Part shown: piece after piece, positions 26,631-35,996 of the stretch | Layout: the number at the start of each line of letters is the position of its first letter | Position numbering within the stretch: the stretch's first letter is position 1 | IMG/VR virus record: IMGVR_UViG_3300037962_000450 | Coordinates: 16,722 to 80,721 of that record | Length of the DNA stretch: 64,000 bases | Source of the DNA: a virus | Taxonomy: Duplodnaviria; Caudoviricetes | Strand: one strand, 5' to 3' | Notes under the pieces: model-generated | Databases searched by the model: none | What the model was told of the DNA's origin: nothing | Seen by the model: the letters and a program-made list of their open reading frames with translations, nothing else | Position numbers and translations under genes: made by a program

Positions 26631-27608
26631 ATGGCTATCAGAGATAAAGATACTATCAAAAACAGTATCATTGCTGACATACCAGATAACAACGCTGGTT
26701 TAATTTCAGCTCAAGATATTAGAGATAATATGGTTGACACCGTTGATTCCATTAACACTATAGTTGCTAGTGGGGATGTGGACTCGACATATCCGTTTAG
26801 CGGAAGTAACGTCAGAGCTAAAAAGAATGATGCTGGACAGTTTGGTGTTTTCATCCCAGAGTCAGGAGTTCAGTTCCAAGACGGGAAGACCCAAATATAC
26901 GCATATGAGGGGCCTGAAGGAATTGACCATACAAAGCTGGCCAATTTAACAGCAGATTCCCACCCGCAATATTTAAACGTAACTGGAGTTGCCGCCGCAT
27001 CATATATGCAGGGTGGACTACCTCTAGATACCCACTGGATTGGTGTTTCTGGATACGACGACAGAGGCATCAGATTCAAAAAAATTAACGAAGTAAGGGA
27101 TGATGTACATGTTGGAACTTCCGGTAATGTGCTATTCACGACTGACGGTTCTAGAGCAGATACCTTCAAGGGTGCTGCAAAAGCTTGGATCGTATTTAAG
27201 GGTAGTGGAACAGTTGGAGAAACCGCCGGAGCCGCAACTCCGGGATACCAGACTCCGGTAGTCTACTCATCGTATAACGTCTCTGGAATTAACTACATAG
27301 CGAGGGGACAGTACAAGATAACGTTTGCCTCTGGTACATTCCAAAACAATTATTACGCCGCAGTAGGAAACAGCAACGCGATTGCTTCTTCCACGGCCTA
27401 CGCCTCACACGCTGCGACGGATTTTGATGTAAACACTGTAGGTATTGTTTCCAGAATCGGGGACGACGCTTCCTCGTTAAGAAGCTGTACGTTTTACGTT
27501 AAGAGTGATGACAACGAATACGTTGATGCGGCACTTAACGATCTCGTAATTTATGGACTAGGATCAGGAACGACACCAGACTCAACACCTACCATTAATC
27601 CATCTTAG
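26631..27608 (+). CDS. Fibre-like virion protein
   Basis: N-terminal DNNAGLISAQDIRDNM is paralogous to 17915; C-terminal AKAWIVFKG...SSYNVSGI...GQYKITF fibre-tip motif. Confidence 0.7.
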   Translation: MAIRDKDTIKNSIIADIPDNNAGLISAQDIRDNMVDTVDSINTIVASGDVDSTYPFSGSNVRAKKNDAGQFGVFIPESGVQFQDGKTQIYAYEGPEGIDHTKLANLTADSHPQYLNVTGVAAASYMQGGLPLDTHWIGVSGYDDRGIRFKKINEVRDDVHVGTSGNVLFTTDGSRADTFKGAAKAWIVFKGSGTVGETAGAATPGYQTPVVYSSYNVSGINYIARGQYKITFASGTFQNNYYAAVGNSNAIASSTAYASHAATDFDVNTVGIVSRIGDDASSLRSCTFYVKSDDNEYVDAALNDLVIYGLGSGTTPDSTPTINPS

Positions 27609-27626
27609 TTTATAAGGGATAGATAA

Positions 27627-30600
27627 ATGCCTTCAAAAATAGTAGTCCTATCAGATAGGATAAAAGAGCTAAGCCAAACTACAGGCACCACTAATATGCA
27701 CTTAGAAGGTGCAGCTAATGGCTTTAGCGCCTTTAGGGACTTCTATAGTCATGGCGACTTGGTGTATTACGCTGTAACTGACGGAACCTACTACGAGGTA
27801 GGCTCTGGTGAAGTACAGTTATCACCCACAGTTTCCAATGACCAGATATCCCGCTTCCCCTTTAGAGCTAAAGGTCCGGGAGTTACGGTCCAGACAGATA
27901 AAGTTTCTTGGCCCATAGGCGTCAAAGAAGTCTATGTAACCTACCCAGCCCCGAAATCTGTTTATACAGCATTTGGTTTATCCCCTGATTACAATATGCC
28001 CGCAGAAAGCGGTTTCGCCTTCTGGTCCTCATCTAATATCCTTAACTATGATTCTAATATCTTATGGGACTCGGGCAATGCCCGCATGGGCATAAGCACA
28101 ATTTCGCCTGACCACGCAATTCATGTGGGTGGTAACACGGCGTATTCTATAGTAAAGGCTTCTGGTTTTGTTGCCAGCGAGTCAGGACTCTTCTTTCCTG
28201 AAGGCAATGGTGGAACGGCGTCTTACAGTGGTGGTCGCCAACTAGAACACTTTGTCAGAAACAAGCTTGATGACACAGCCTTGAGCGAAGGTAAAATTGG
28301 AGCTTCAACAGGATCTTCCGCAGTCATACAACTTAGCGGTGTAGTAGATCAATATATACTACTTAAGCAGCAATCTAAAGGAGCCTTTCTTTCTGGCCCA
28401 CCTAACGGTTGTGGTGTCGATTGCTCCCCGGATTACCCAACCTTTAGAGCTATTACTGTAGAAGATATCCCAAGTTTATCTAGCCTTTACCTAGACAGAA
28501 TAGGCACACCCGCTTCCGGGAATGTAGCATTCTGGAAACAAGACGATCCGACTCAAGACCCAAGGGTTGGTTACGACTCAAATCTATTCTTTGACGATAC
28601 AAACAACAGACTTGGAGTAAATACAGGTACTCCTGCCTACAGACTGCATGTAGATGGAAACGCCGGGATTACTAGCGATGTGTCCATAGGTGGTAATATT
28701 GTCGTCAGTGGAAACCTAGACATTAAAGGCGACACAACATATGTCAACAGTACGGTTGTAACCATTGCTGACAAGGTTATTGAATTAGCATCAATGAGCG
28801 GTAATGCTATCGCTACAGACGCCCAGCTCGAAGCTGCTGGAGGGGCCGGAATATCTGTCCAGTCAAGCGATTCAGACAAGTCAATCCTCTGGAGATCCAA
28901 CTGTGACGCTTGGCAATTCAAGAGTAACACTGGCGGAGGAATTTACTACAACGCTATTGATGTCAGTGGCGTTGTTTTTGGTGGCGACTGCACAAACGTA
29001 ATTAGCGGCTCATATCAAGCCGGTAGCGGACTCTCCTTACACAGTGGGAGAGAGTTTAATATTGGCAACATGTTCAGCATAGGAACAAACCCTTCCCAGA
29101 GTGTACATCAAGCTGATACAATTTGGGTAAGCGGAGTTTCTGGCGTTGCAACAACAATAAATAAGGTTGGCGCTAACCATGTGGTATGGGTAGATCCCAC
29201 AGAACTATCTGGAATACTTAGCGGAGGATCAGCCTCCAGTCTGCTGGACGTTTCCGGTATTCTAGATAACTACATCGACAAAGTTTCTGGAGAGTATACA
29301 CAGGCCTCTGGTGCATTAAACAATCAATTTGTTTCAGGTTCCGGCGCACTGAATAATCAATTTGTTTCAGGTTCCGGCGCATTGAACAACCAGTTTGTTT
29401 CAGGTTCTGGAGCGCTGAATAATCAATTTGTTTCAGGTTCTGGAGCGCTAGACAATTATATTGACTTCGTTTCCGGCGAACTGAATACTATATCAGGTGT
29501 TCTAGATAATTATATTGATAAAGTATCGGGTGAATACGCATCAGCTTCTGGAGCGCTTAATAATAAAATTGATGCCAGCATAGGAACTGTGTCTGTAGGT
29601 GAACTCGGTACAACCACACACCACGCAGGAGTGTCGGGGCTTTGGTTCACTAATGGCAAAGTCGATATGGTAGACTCAAACAGGATGGCAAAAATTACCA
29701 TAGACGCAGATGCCGCTGGAGCCTTAGACGACCTAAGTGACGTTACTATAACAAGCGCCGCAGACAAACACATCCTGCAATACAGCTCCACTTCATCCAA
29801 ATTCGTGAATGTCCTCTCCCCTTCCGGTGCTCTAAACAATGATATAGAGACTGTTTCTGGGGCCTTGGTTAACTTTGTGAATACTGAGCACGCATCAGGC
29901 GTGAGTATGTCTGGGGTTAACTGGGGAGTTGCCGCATTCGCTTCGGGCCAAGTACTATCAGTATCTGGTTCACTGCAAAACAGTATAAACACAAACGCTA
30001 CTGACATTACAACAGCGTCTGGAGCATTGGCGGGGCTTATAAATACAGAACACGCTTCAGGCGTTTCCATGTCTGGAGCCTTAGATAATTACATAGACTT
30101 TGTTTCTGGAGAACTTAATTCCGCATCTGGCTCCCTCAGCAATGCCATCTCAGCATCCTTCCAAATCAAGGTTAGTGAATTTGATGGTAGCGTAGCTCCT
30201 GATGGAGACTCATCACTAGAGTCAGTCTCTGGACTTTACTTTACTAACGGGGCTGTAACCAAAAAAGATTCTGGAAAGATAGCGGAGATAAACCTATCTG
30301 CCGGAGCTGCCGGAGACCTAAATGGTCTAACAGACACAAACATAACATCTGTTGCAGACAAACAAATCCTTAGATATGACTCTGGCACATCCAAATGGAT
30401 AAACGACACCTCTCCATCTGGAAGCTTGAAAAATGCTATTGATGTAAATGCCACAGATATCGACACCGCTTCTGGAGCCTTGGTTGATCTAATAAACACT
30501 GAGCACGCTTCAGGTGTTTCTATGTCTGGCGTTAACTGGGGCGTGGCAGCTTTTGCTTCTGGCCAAGTTCTGTCAGCATCAGGTTCATTGCAGAACTCAA

Positions 30601-33587
30601 TAAACACAAACGCCTCTGCCATAACCGCCAACACAGATCTAATAAACGCATCAGGAGCATCCATTTCTGGTTGGGCTAACAGTCGTTATGACACTAACGC
30701 TACTACGTTCCACGCTTCTGGCCACGCAATCTCTGGTTGGGCTGGATCATTATTCAAGACTGCGGGTAGTGGTTTACGCTTAGATGGAACTGACCTAGTA
30801 CTCCAAGACCCGGATGCAGACTATGACGCCATCACCTCATCCACAGCAGTAGGCTCGGATCAGATTCTCGTATGGGACGATAGTGACTCACGCTGGAAGC
30901 ACATGTCCCTTACTGAGATGAATGCTGAGATGCTTGACTCGGCTTATGTCTCTGAGGCGGTTGTAGATCCGGGTACTGACTATGTTCTCTTCTTAGACGG
31001 TGGAGGAACAGGAGCAGTTAAGAAAGAGAGTTGGGTTGACTTTGCCAACTTGATTGCTGGCGATAATATAGACACAGACGACGACGGCGTGCTTGACGGA
31101 AATGCCGGAGGTGTCGGTGGAGATGTAAACCAAAACGCCTTCTCTTATATCAAGATTAACGATAATGCAGACATTGGTACTGGCCCCCAAGTTGAAGCAG
31201 ACTCAACCACAGACGCGGTGGACTTCATAGCTGGAGAAGGTGTAACAATCACGTCATCTAATACTCCTGATTCTGTGACTTGGGCGGCTCCAAATATTGC
31301 TTTAGCTTCTGGAGCACTGGTTGGCCTAATAAATATCGAAAACGCTTCAGGTGTTTCAATGTCTGGAGCCTTGAACAACCAGTTTGTCTCCGGGTCTGGA
31401 GCGCTTGATAACTATATAGACTTTGTTTCAGGTGAATTCGTCTCTGGCTCTGGGGCAAATACCAACGCTATCACGTCGAATACGGGCTTGATCAATACTA
31501 ACATCTCCAACATTGCTGCAAATGCTACGACTTTCCACGCATCTGGACATGCAATATCTGGCTGGGCTGGGAGTATTGTTGCTACCAATACTGCCAGTAT
31601 AGCTACCAATGCTACTGCTATTACCAACAACACCGCACTTATCCACGCATCTGGAAACGCAATATCTGGAGTTCTCGATAATTATATTGACAAAGTTTCT
31701 GGTGAATATGTACATGCCTCTGGAGCTTTAAATAATAGAATCACTAGCGCCTCTGGAGCCTTGAACAATCAGTTCATCTCTGGTTCTGGCGCTTTGAACA
31801 ATAGAATCACCAGCGCTTCTGGCGCTTTGAACAATAGAATCACCAGCGCTTCTGGAGCCTTGAACAACCAGTTTGTCTCCGGCTCTGGAGCTTTGAATAA
31901 CAGGATTTCCAACCTGTCCGCTGATTCTGGTGTTATTCGGGTTGACGATGAGTTTAGACTTAATCCTAATCTATTAACTTCTGGTAATGGCACATTCCTT
32001 GCTATTGGCACGCAAAACGCTAATAGCTGGAATCATACAAATGTCGGAGCAGATACTGCCCTGATCGGCACTAGTGCTGGCAAGGATAGTACATATCTTT
32101 ATCAGGCTGTTGGATTAGGGTCTGGAAGCCTTTACCAATCTAATACGCTAAGAGATAGTCTTGGCATAGGAACTGAGGCCGGTAGAGACAGCAGCGGCGT
32201 TTTGTCAACTGTTTCCATAGGCTATCACGCTGGGCACCTCGCTTCTGGAACTCAACACCTAGCAGGAAATATCCTTAGATACGCCGATGAGATTAACGGC
32301 GATGTTGTTAGCGCGCTTTCCACACATACCGCAGCACCAACAACCGCCTCATCAAGCCTACACAGAAATTCAGTGTTTATTGGACGCAGAACTGGGGAGG
32401 CCAGTGAAAACTCACGAGCTGGTATAGGAATAGGAAAGTTAGCGCTTGGTTATACACGCTACTCGGCAGATGTGATTGCCATTGGCGCGTATGCTGGAGC
32501 CGAGAGAACTATTGTAGAAACTGGTGTTTTTATTGGTAAATACGCAGGAAGCTTTCTTGACGACACCAACAATCCTCATCAACACACAGGTCAAACATAT
32601 GCGGGTGGTATTGGCCAAGTATTTATTGGTCCACTGGCGGGAAGATTTAATGCCGGAAGCGCCAACCTTTCGCTTATAGCAAATCAGACCTATGGGGATT
32701 TAGTTAACTCTGTCCATGCAACCACCGGCCCCAATAATTTTGCCACCAATGGCCCACTTAAAACCACCTACAAAACCAACATCGCCAACATGATCTACGG
32801 AGATCACGACCAAGGGGCCGGGGGAAGCAGCACGCCTAAACGTTTAATGATAGGAAAGATTTCAACCTCTGAAAGTACGAGTGATAGCGCATTTGCTCTT
32901 CATGACCTAAACGCAACACTTAGGGTGATACCGGCAGCGGTTGATATGAATACGTTGAGGGTTGATTACTTCAATGCCACAGAACCTCCGACCTGTGGAG
33001 CTACCACATCTTCTTCCGCTGCCCATACAAACGCTATATCTATGGCAGATACTGGCGGATCAGCTAGAATGGTTACACAGACAAACACAGACGACACTGT
33101 TTTTGATTCGACCTCGAATGAATACACGGGTGGGGGTCATGGCGCTACAACAGACGCGCAATGGGGCGGAAAATTCTACAACACCTCTTCTGATGGAACA
33201 ATGGCCGTAATTGGTCGTAACGGATTCCCAATAATCCCATCCTTCAAGAAAACACTTCATGACAGTTGGGTAAATGACGAAGCATCCGGTTACGGATACG
33301 CTGGGCACAGAGAACAAGCTATGCTTTGGTTTGAGAAAAAATACAACCCTTATGACTATGAAATAGGAACGATGATATTTGCCCAGTTCCATCATGGTCC
33401 AACTAACGAGGTGTGGCCTTACCTGTTAATCCTAGGTTTAGACAACGGGGGCAGCCCCGTGAAAAAATGGAGGTTTATACCTATGTGGGACGAACATGTT
33501 ATCGAAGGTAAAGCCGGGAACGGCTCATACCTCACCAGAGACAAAATGTATGGATTCCCAACAAAAGCATACTTCGCCAACATTTAA
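27627..33587 (+). CDS. 1986-aa repeat-rich fibre protein with a Ser-Gly-rich coiled-coil stalk
   Basis: SDRIKE anchor domain, 11-aa SGALNN repeats, duplicated blocks, YadA-like repeats near the C-terminus. Confidence 0.8.
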   Translation: MPSKIVVLSDRIKELSQTTGTTNMHLEGAANGFSAFRDFYSHGDLVYYAVTDGTYYEVGSGEVQLSPTVSNDQISRFPFRAKGPGVTVQTDKVSWPIGVKEVYVTYPAPKSVYTAFGLSPDYNMPAESGFAFWSSSNILNYDSNILWDSGNARMGISTISPDHAIHVGGNTAYSIVKASGFVASESGLFFPEGNGGTASYSGGRQLEHFVRNKLDDTALSEGKIGASTGSSAVIQLSGVVDQYILLKQQSKGAFLSGPPNGCGVDCSPDYPTFRAITVEDIPSLSSLYLDRIGTPASGNVAFWKQDDPTQDPRVGYDSNLFFDDTNNRLGVNTGTPAYRLHVDGNAGITSDVSIGGNIVVSGNLDIKGDTTYVNSTVVTIADKVIELASMSGNAIATDAQLEAAGGAGISVQSSDSDKSILWRSNCDAWQFKSNTGGGIYYNAIDVSGVVFGGDCTNVISGSYQAGSGLSLHSGREFNIGNMFSIGTNPSQSVHQADTIWVSGVSGVATTINKVGANHVVWVDPTELSGILSGGSASSLLDVSGILDNYIDKVSGEYTQASGALNNQFVSGSGALNNQFVSGSGALNNQFVSGSGALNNQFVSGSGALDNYIDFVSGELNTISGVLDNYIDKVSGEYASASGALNNKIDASIGTVSVGELGTTTHHAGVSGLWFTNGKVDMVDSNRMAKITIDADAAGALDDLSDVTITSAADKHILQYSSTSSKFVNVLSPSGALNNDIETVSGALVNFVNTEHASGVSMSGVNWGVAAFASGQVLSVSGSLQNSINTNATDITTASGALAGLINTEHASGVSMSGALDNYIDFVSGELNSASGSLSNAISASFQIKVSEFDGSVAPDGDSSLESVSGLYFTNGAVTKKDSGKIAEINLSAGAAGDLNGLTDTNITSVADKQILRYDSGTSKWINDTSPSGSLKNAIDVNATDIDTASGALVDLINTEHASGVSMSGVNWGVAAFASGQVLSASGSLQNSINTNASAITANTDLINASGASISGWANSRYDTNATTFHASGHAISGWAGSLFKTAGSGLRLDGTDLVLQDPDADYDAITSSTAVGSDQILVWDDSDSRWKHMSLTEMNAEMLDSAYVSEAVVDPGTDYVLFLDGGGTGAVKKESWVDFANLIAGDNIDTDDDGVLDGNAGGVGGDVNQNAFSYIKINDNADIGTGPQVEADSTTDAVDFIAGEGVTITSSNTPDSVTWAAPNIALASGALVGLINIENASGVSMSGALNNQFVSGSGALDNYIDFVSGEFVSGSGANTNAITSNTGLINTNISNIAANATTFHASGHAISGWAGSIVATNTASIATNATAITNNTALIHASGNAISGVLDNYIDKVSGEYVHASGALNNRITSASGALNNQFISGSGALNNRITSASGALNNRITSASGALNNQFVSGSGALNNRISNLSADSGVIRVDDEFRLNPNLLTSGNGTFLAIGTQNANSWNHTNVGADTALIGTSAGKDSTYLYQAVGLGSGSLYQSNTLRDSLGIGTEAGRDSSGVLSTVSIGYHAGHLASGTQHLAGNILRYADEINGDVVSALSTHTAAPTTASSSLHRNSVFIGRRTGEASENSRAGIGIGKLALGYTRYSADVIAIGAYAGAERTIVETGVFIGKYAGSFLDDTNNPHQHTGQTYAGGIGQVFIGPLAGRFNAGSANLSLIANQTYGDLVNSVHATTGPNNFATNGPLKTTYKTNIANMIYGDHDQGAGGSSTPKRLMIGKISTSESTSDSAFALHDLNATLRVIPAAVDMNTLRVDYFNATEPPTCGATTSSSAAHTNAISMADTGGSARMVTQTNTDDTVFDSTSNEYTGGGHGATTDAQWGGKFYNTSSDGTMAVIGRNGFPIIPSFKKTLHDSWVNDEASGYGYAGHREQAMLWFEKKYNPYDYEIGTMIFAQFHHGPTNEVWPYLLILGLDNGGSPVKKWRFIPMWDEHVIEGKAGNGSYLTRDKMYGFPTKAYFANI
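29307..29450 (+). repeat. 33-bp coding tandem repeat x4 (SGALNNQFVSG)
   Basis: Four in-frame units with synonymous differences only. Confidence 0.9.
31719..31910 (+). repeat. 33-bp coding tandem repeat x5-6 (SGALNNRITSA / SGALNNQF(I/V)SG)
   Basis: Two 11-aa unit types alternate in frame. Confidence 0.9.
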
Positions 33588-33648
33588 TAATCAATCTGGA
33601 TAGTATTTAAGAATAGTAGTAATTTAACTTTTTTTGGAGATAGAAACA

Positions 33649-33852
33649 ATGCCTATCGACGTAGCCTATAGTGCTTCAGGCACTTCTGCGGTGCAGCACA
33701 ACGGGTATGTTATAGTATCAGTTCAAAAGACTGGTAACTATAAAGCCCTAGCACCTCAAGTAAATGCTTACTTACCGTCAGGAACTCTGCACAGTAAGTA
33801 CACAAATCGCTTCGACGACACTAGGTATTACAGCGGTGACAGCGCCAGTTAG
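33649..33852 (+). CDS. 67-aa hypothetical virion protein
   Basis: RBS GGAGA before ATG 33649 (track start TTG 33634); three SG dipeptides. Confidence 0.6.
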   Translation: MPIDVAYSASGTSAVQHNGYVIVSVQKTGNYKALAPQVNAYLPSGTLHSKYTNRFDDTRYYSGDSAS

Positions 33853-33860
33853 GAAAAGTC

Positions 33861-34337
33861 ATGCCTGTTAATATACCACAAAGTGTTTTCGACAAGTACT
33901 TTGATGTGATTGATTCCACATTCGATATTTTTGGAGTCACATGTCAACTTGTTTACGTGGACTTAAAGGAGGTTAATCAAGATCCTGATAATAATATTCC
34001 AGACCACAACTCTGTGAATATACACCGCAGGCATGATGATCAATTTGACAGGGAGAACAAAACCTATATAGAGGTGGAGACAACTGTAGATATTAAACTA
34101 AAAGTTTATTGGGATAACAAGTCGTTTATTAAAGTAGGAAATATAGCGATTCCTGATAATTCAATACAAACAATTGGGATGATGAAAGATTTACCCCAGA
34201 TACTAAGAGCTAAGTATCTCATAGTTCATAAGGGGATTAAAGATTATAAGACAATGAGGTTTGAGCGGGAAGGGGAACACTTTCCTATGGGACTCAAGCA
34301 AGACAGGTACTTTGGTTGTTTTTGGAAGAGGGTGTAA
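33861..34337 (+). CDS. Head-closure (stopper) protein
   Basis: Beta-rich, size and neck-module position. Confidence 0.5.
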   Translation: MPVNIPQSVFDKYFDVIDSTFDIFGVTCQLVYVDLKEVNQDPDNNIPDHNSVNIHRRHDDQFDRENKTYIEVETTVDIKLKVYWDNKSFIKVGNIAIPDNSIQTIGMMKDLPQILRAKYLIVHKGIKDYKTMRFEREGEHFPMGLKQDRYFGCFWKRV

Positions 34338-34960
34338 TGTCCCTATCAGTAAGACTATCAGACCCAATAAGGGTTATAGAAGAACGGGCTAATGTGGCTA
34401 TAGCTAGCCATATGAACGGCAGCGTTCAGAAGAAGAAAAGCTCCATAAGGAAAGCCATTAGAAAGCTTGCTGAGATTTGGATATTGGAACAACCTGAAAT
34501 TATAGCGCTCAAAAACAATGAGTTAGCTGCGCAATTAGGACTACCATTTGGTTCTGCCGACAGCGCCGTAGACTCCATAGTATTAGCGATACGAAATTCA
34601 GTTGACTTCGAGATTAAAAAGTTTGATAAGCGGCTGAAGGGGGGTGTTACACTGAAGTTTCAACCAAGCAATTTTGCAAATCTATTTTCGTTGGCTCAGG
34701 GGCATGTAAAGCTACCTGAAAGTGGAGACCTCCACTGGTTGAGATGGCTGCTTGAAAGTGGAAATAGAACTATTGTAGTGAACTATCACTTTGTGCCGGG
34801 AACCAAGGGTAGATCCCGTGGTGGAGTCATGGGTTCTGGTGGAGCTTGGAGAGTTCCCCCACAGTATGCCGGGACGTTAGAAGACAACTTTGTTACAAGA
34901 GCTTTCTCCGGCAGGGAAAAAGATATAGAAAAACTAATGAACAATATTCTTACTGGCTAG
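34337..34960 (+). CDS. Neck/tail-completion protein
   Basis: TAATG coupling; located between closure and terminator genes; basic/Gly-rich C-terminus. Confidence 0.45.
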   Translation: MSLSVRLSDPIRVIEERANVAIASHMNGSVQKKKSSIRKAIRKLAEIWILEQPEIIALKNNELAAQLGLPFGSADSAVDSIVLAIRNSVDFEIKKFDKRLKGGVTLKFQPSNFANLFSLAQGHVKLPESGDLHWLRWLLESGNRTIVVNYHFVPGTKGRSRGGVMGSGGAWRVPPQYAGTLEDNFVTRAFSGREKDIEKLMNNILTG

Positions 34961-34968
34961 GTTATAAC

Positions 34969-35943
34969 ATGGCTGACAACTTCAACCTAAAAGGGTTTGA
35001 CAACCTATTTGCAACCCAGCTTAGCAATGAATTACAAGACAATCTGGTCGAGTGGTTCGACTGGGCGTTATTACAAAAGGGAAACTACTTCAATGTATCT
35101 TTGGGCGAAACTTCTCCCAGAGGTTATGATTACAGCAAGTTACGGCTTTCATCCGATGACCGTCGTACAGCGGGAACGACTTGGGAAGGATTTAAAGGAA
35201 ACTGGGTATGGCAAAGCGGGGTCAGTTTTAGCCCATCCCCAATTGTTGGCGACAATAACACTTTACCCGGAATATCTGGGGTGTATGTAAATGACACATT
35301 TCACCCATCCACCGGTACTGGTGCTTATTCTCACTACGTAGACTATTACGACGGCAAAATTGTATTTGACTCTCCCATACCAACGGGAAGTAAGGTACAG
35401 GCTGAGTATAGTTATAAGTGGATAAACGTTGTGTATGCCAACGAGGTACCTTGGATAAGAGATCTTCAATATAGAACTTACGACATGAATGGAGAATTCT
35501 TCAATTCAGGAAAAGGAGAGCAAGATCAACCTCCAGACTCACGATTACAACTACCAGCAATAGCTGTTGAGGTTGTGCCAAGAAGAACAATGAGGGGGTA
35601 CCAACTTGGTGGTGGACAATGGGTCAACACAGACATTTTATTCCACTGCATAGCTGAGGATGATAGAACTAGGAATAAACTAGTAGATATAGTCTCACTC
35701 CAAAACGATAAAACTATATATATGTTTGAGAGTGACAACATGGCTGCTAGCGGTCATATGCCACTAAATTACAGGGGGACACCAGTATCTGGAGCCATGA
35801 GGTATCCAGATTTAGTGAATTCCCACTACGGAGGTGCCATAAGACTTACAAATTCATCCGTACAAGGGATGGATATGATAAATAGTAACTTATACGCCGG
35901 TATCGTGAAATTGACAACACAAGTCATTCATACGGATATTTAG
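34969..35943 (+). CDS. Tail terminator protein with N-terminal extension
   Basis: C-terminal LPAIAVEV...GYQLGGG...DILFHCIAED...RNKLVDIV terminator pattern; real start ATG 34969 (track start 34846 overlaps the upstream gene). Confidence 0.6.
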   Translation: MADNFNLKGFDNLFATQLSNELQDNLVEWFDWALLQKGNYFNVSLGETSPRGYDYSKLRLSSDDRRTAGTTWEGFKGNWVWQSGVSFSPSPIVGDNNTLPGISGVYVNDTFHPSTGTGAYSHYVDYYDGKIVFDSPIPTGSKVQAEYSYKWINVVYANEVPWIRDLQYRTYDMNGEFFNSGKGEQDQPPDSRLQLPAIAVEVVPRRTMRGYQLGGGQWVNTDILFHCIAEDDRTRNKLVDIVSLQNDKTIYMFESDNMAASGHMPLNYRGTPVSGAMRYPDLVNSHYGGAIRLTNSSVQGMDMINSNLYAGIVKLTTQVIHTDI

Positions 35944-35948
35944 GTTTT

Positions 35949-35957
35949 GTGTATAAT
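35949..35957 (+). promoter_or_regulatory. Putative late promoter GTGTATAAT (tail tube)
   Basis: Intergenic after a T-tract, 40 bp before ATG 35997. Confidence 0.65.
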
Positions 35958-35996
35958 AAAATAGAGATTTTCTAACTTTCTACAGGAGAGATAATA

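Noticed and set aside
29307-31910. 33-bp tandem repeats as a CRISPR array or DGR template/variable repeats
   Set aside because: In-frame coding repeats without unique spacers; differences are synonymous rather than adenine-specific; no cas or reverse transcriptase gene in the window.
22900-33587. Peptidase S74 intramolecular chaperone at fibre C-termini
   Set aside because: None of the fibre C-termini (17915, 23290, 26631, 27627) shows the SD.RLK.NI signature.
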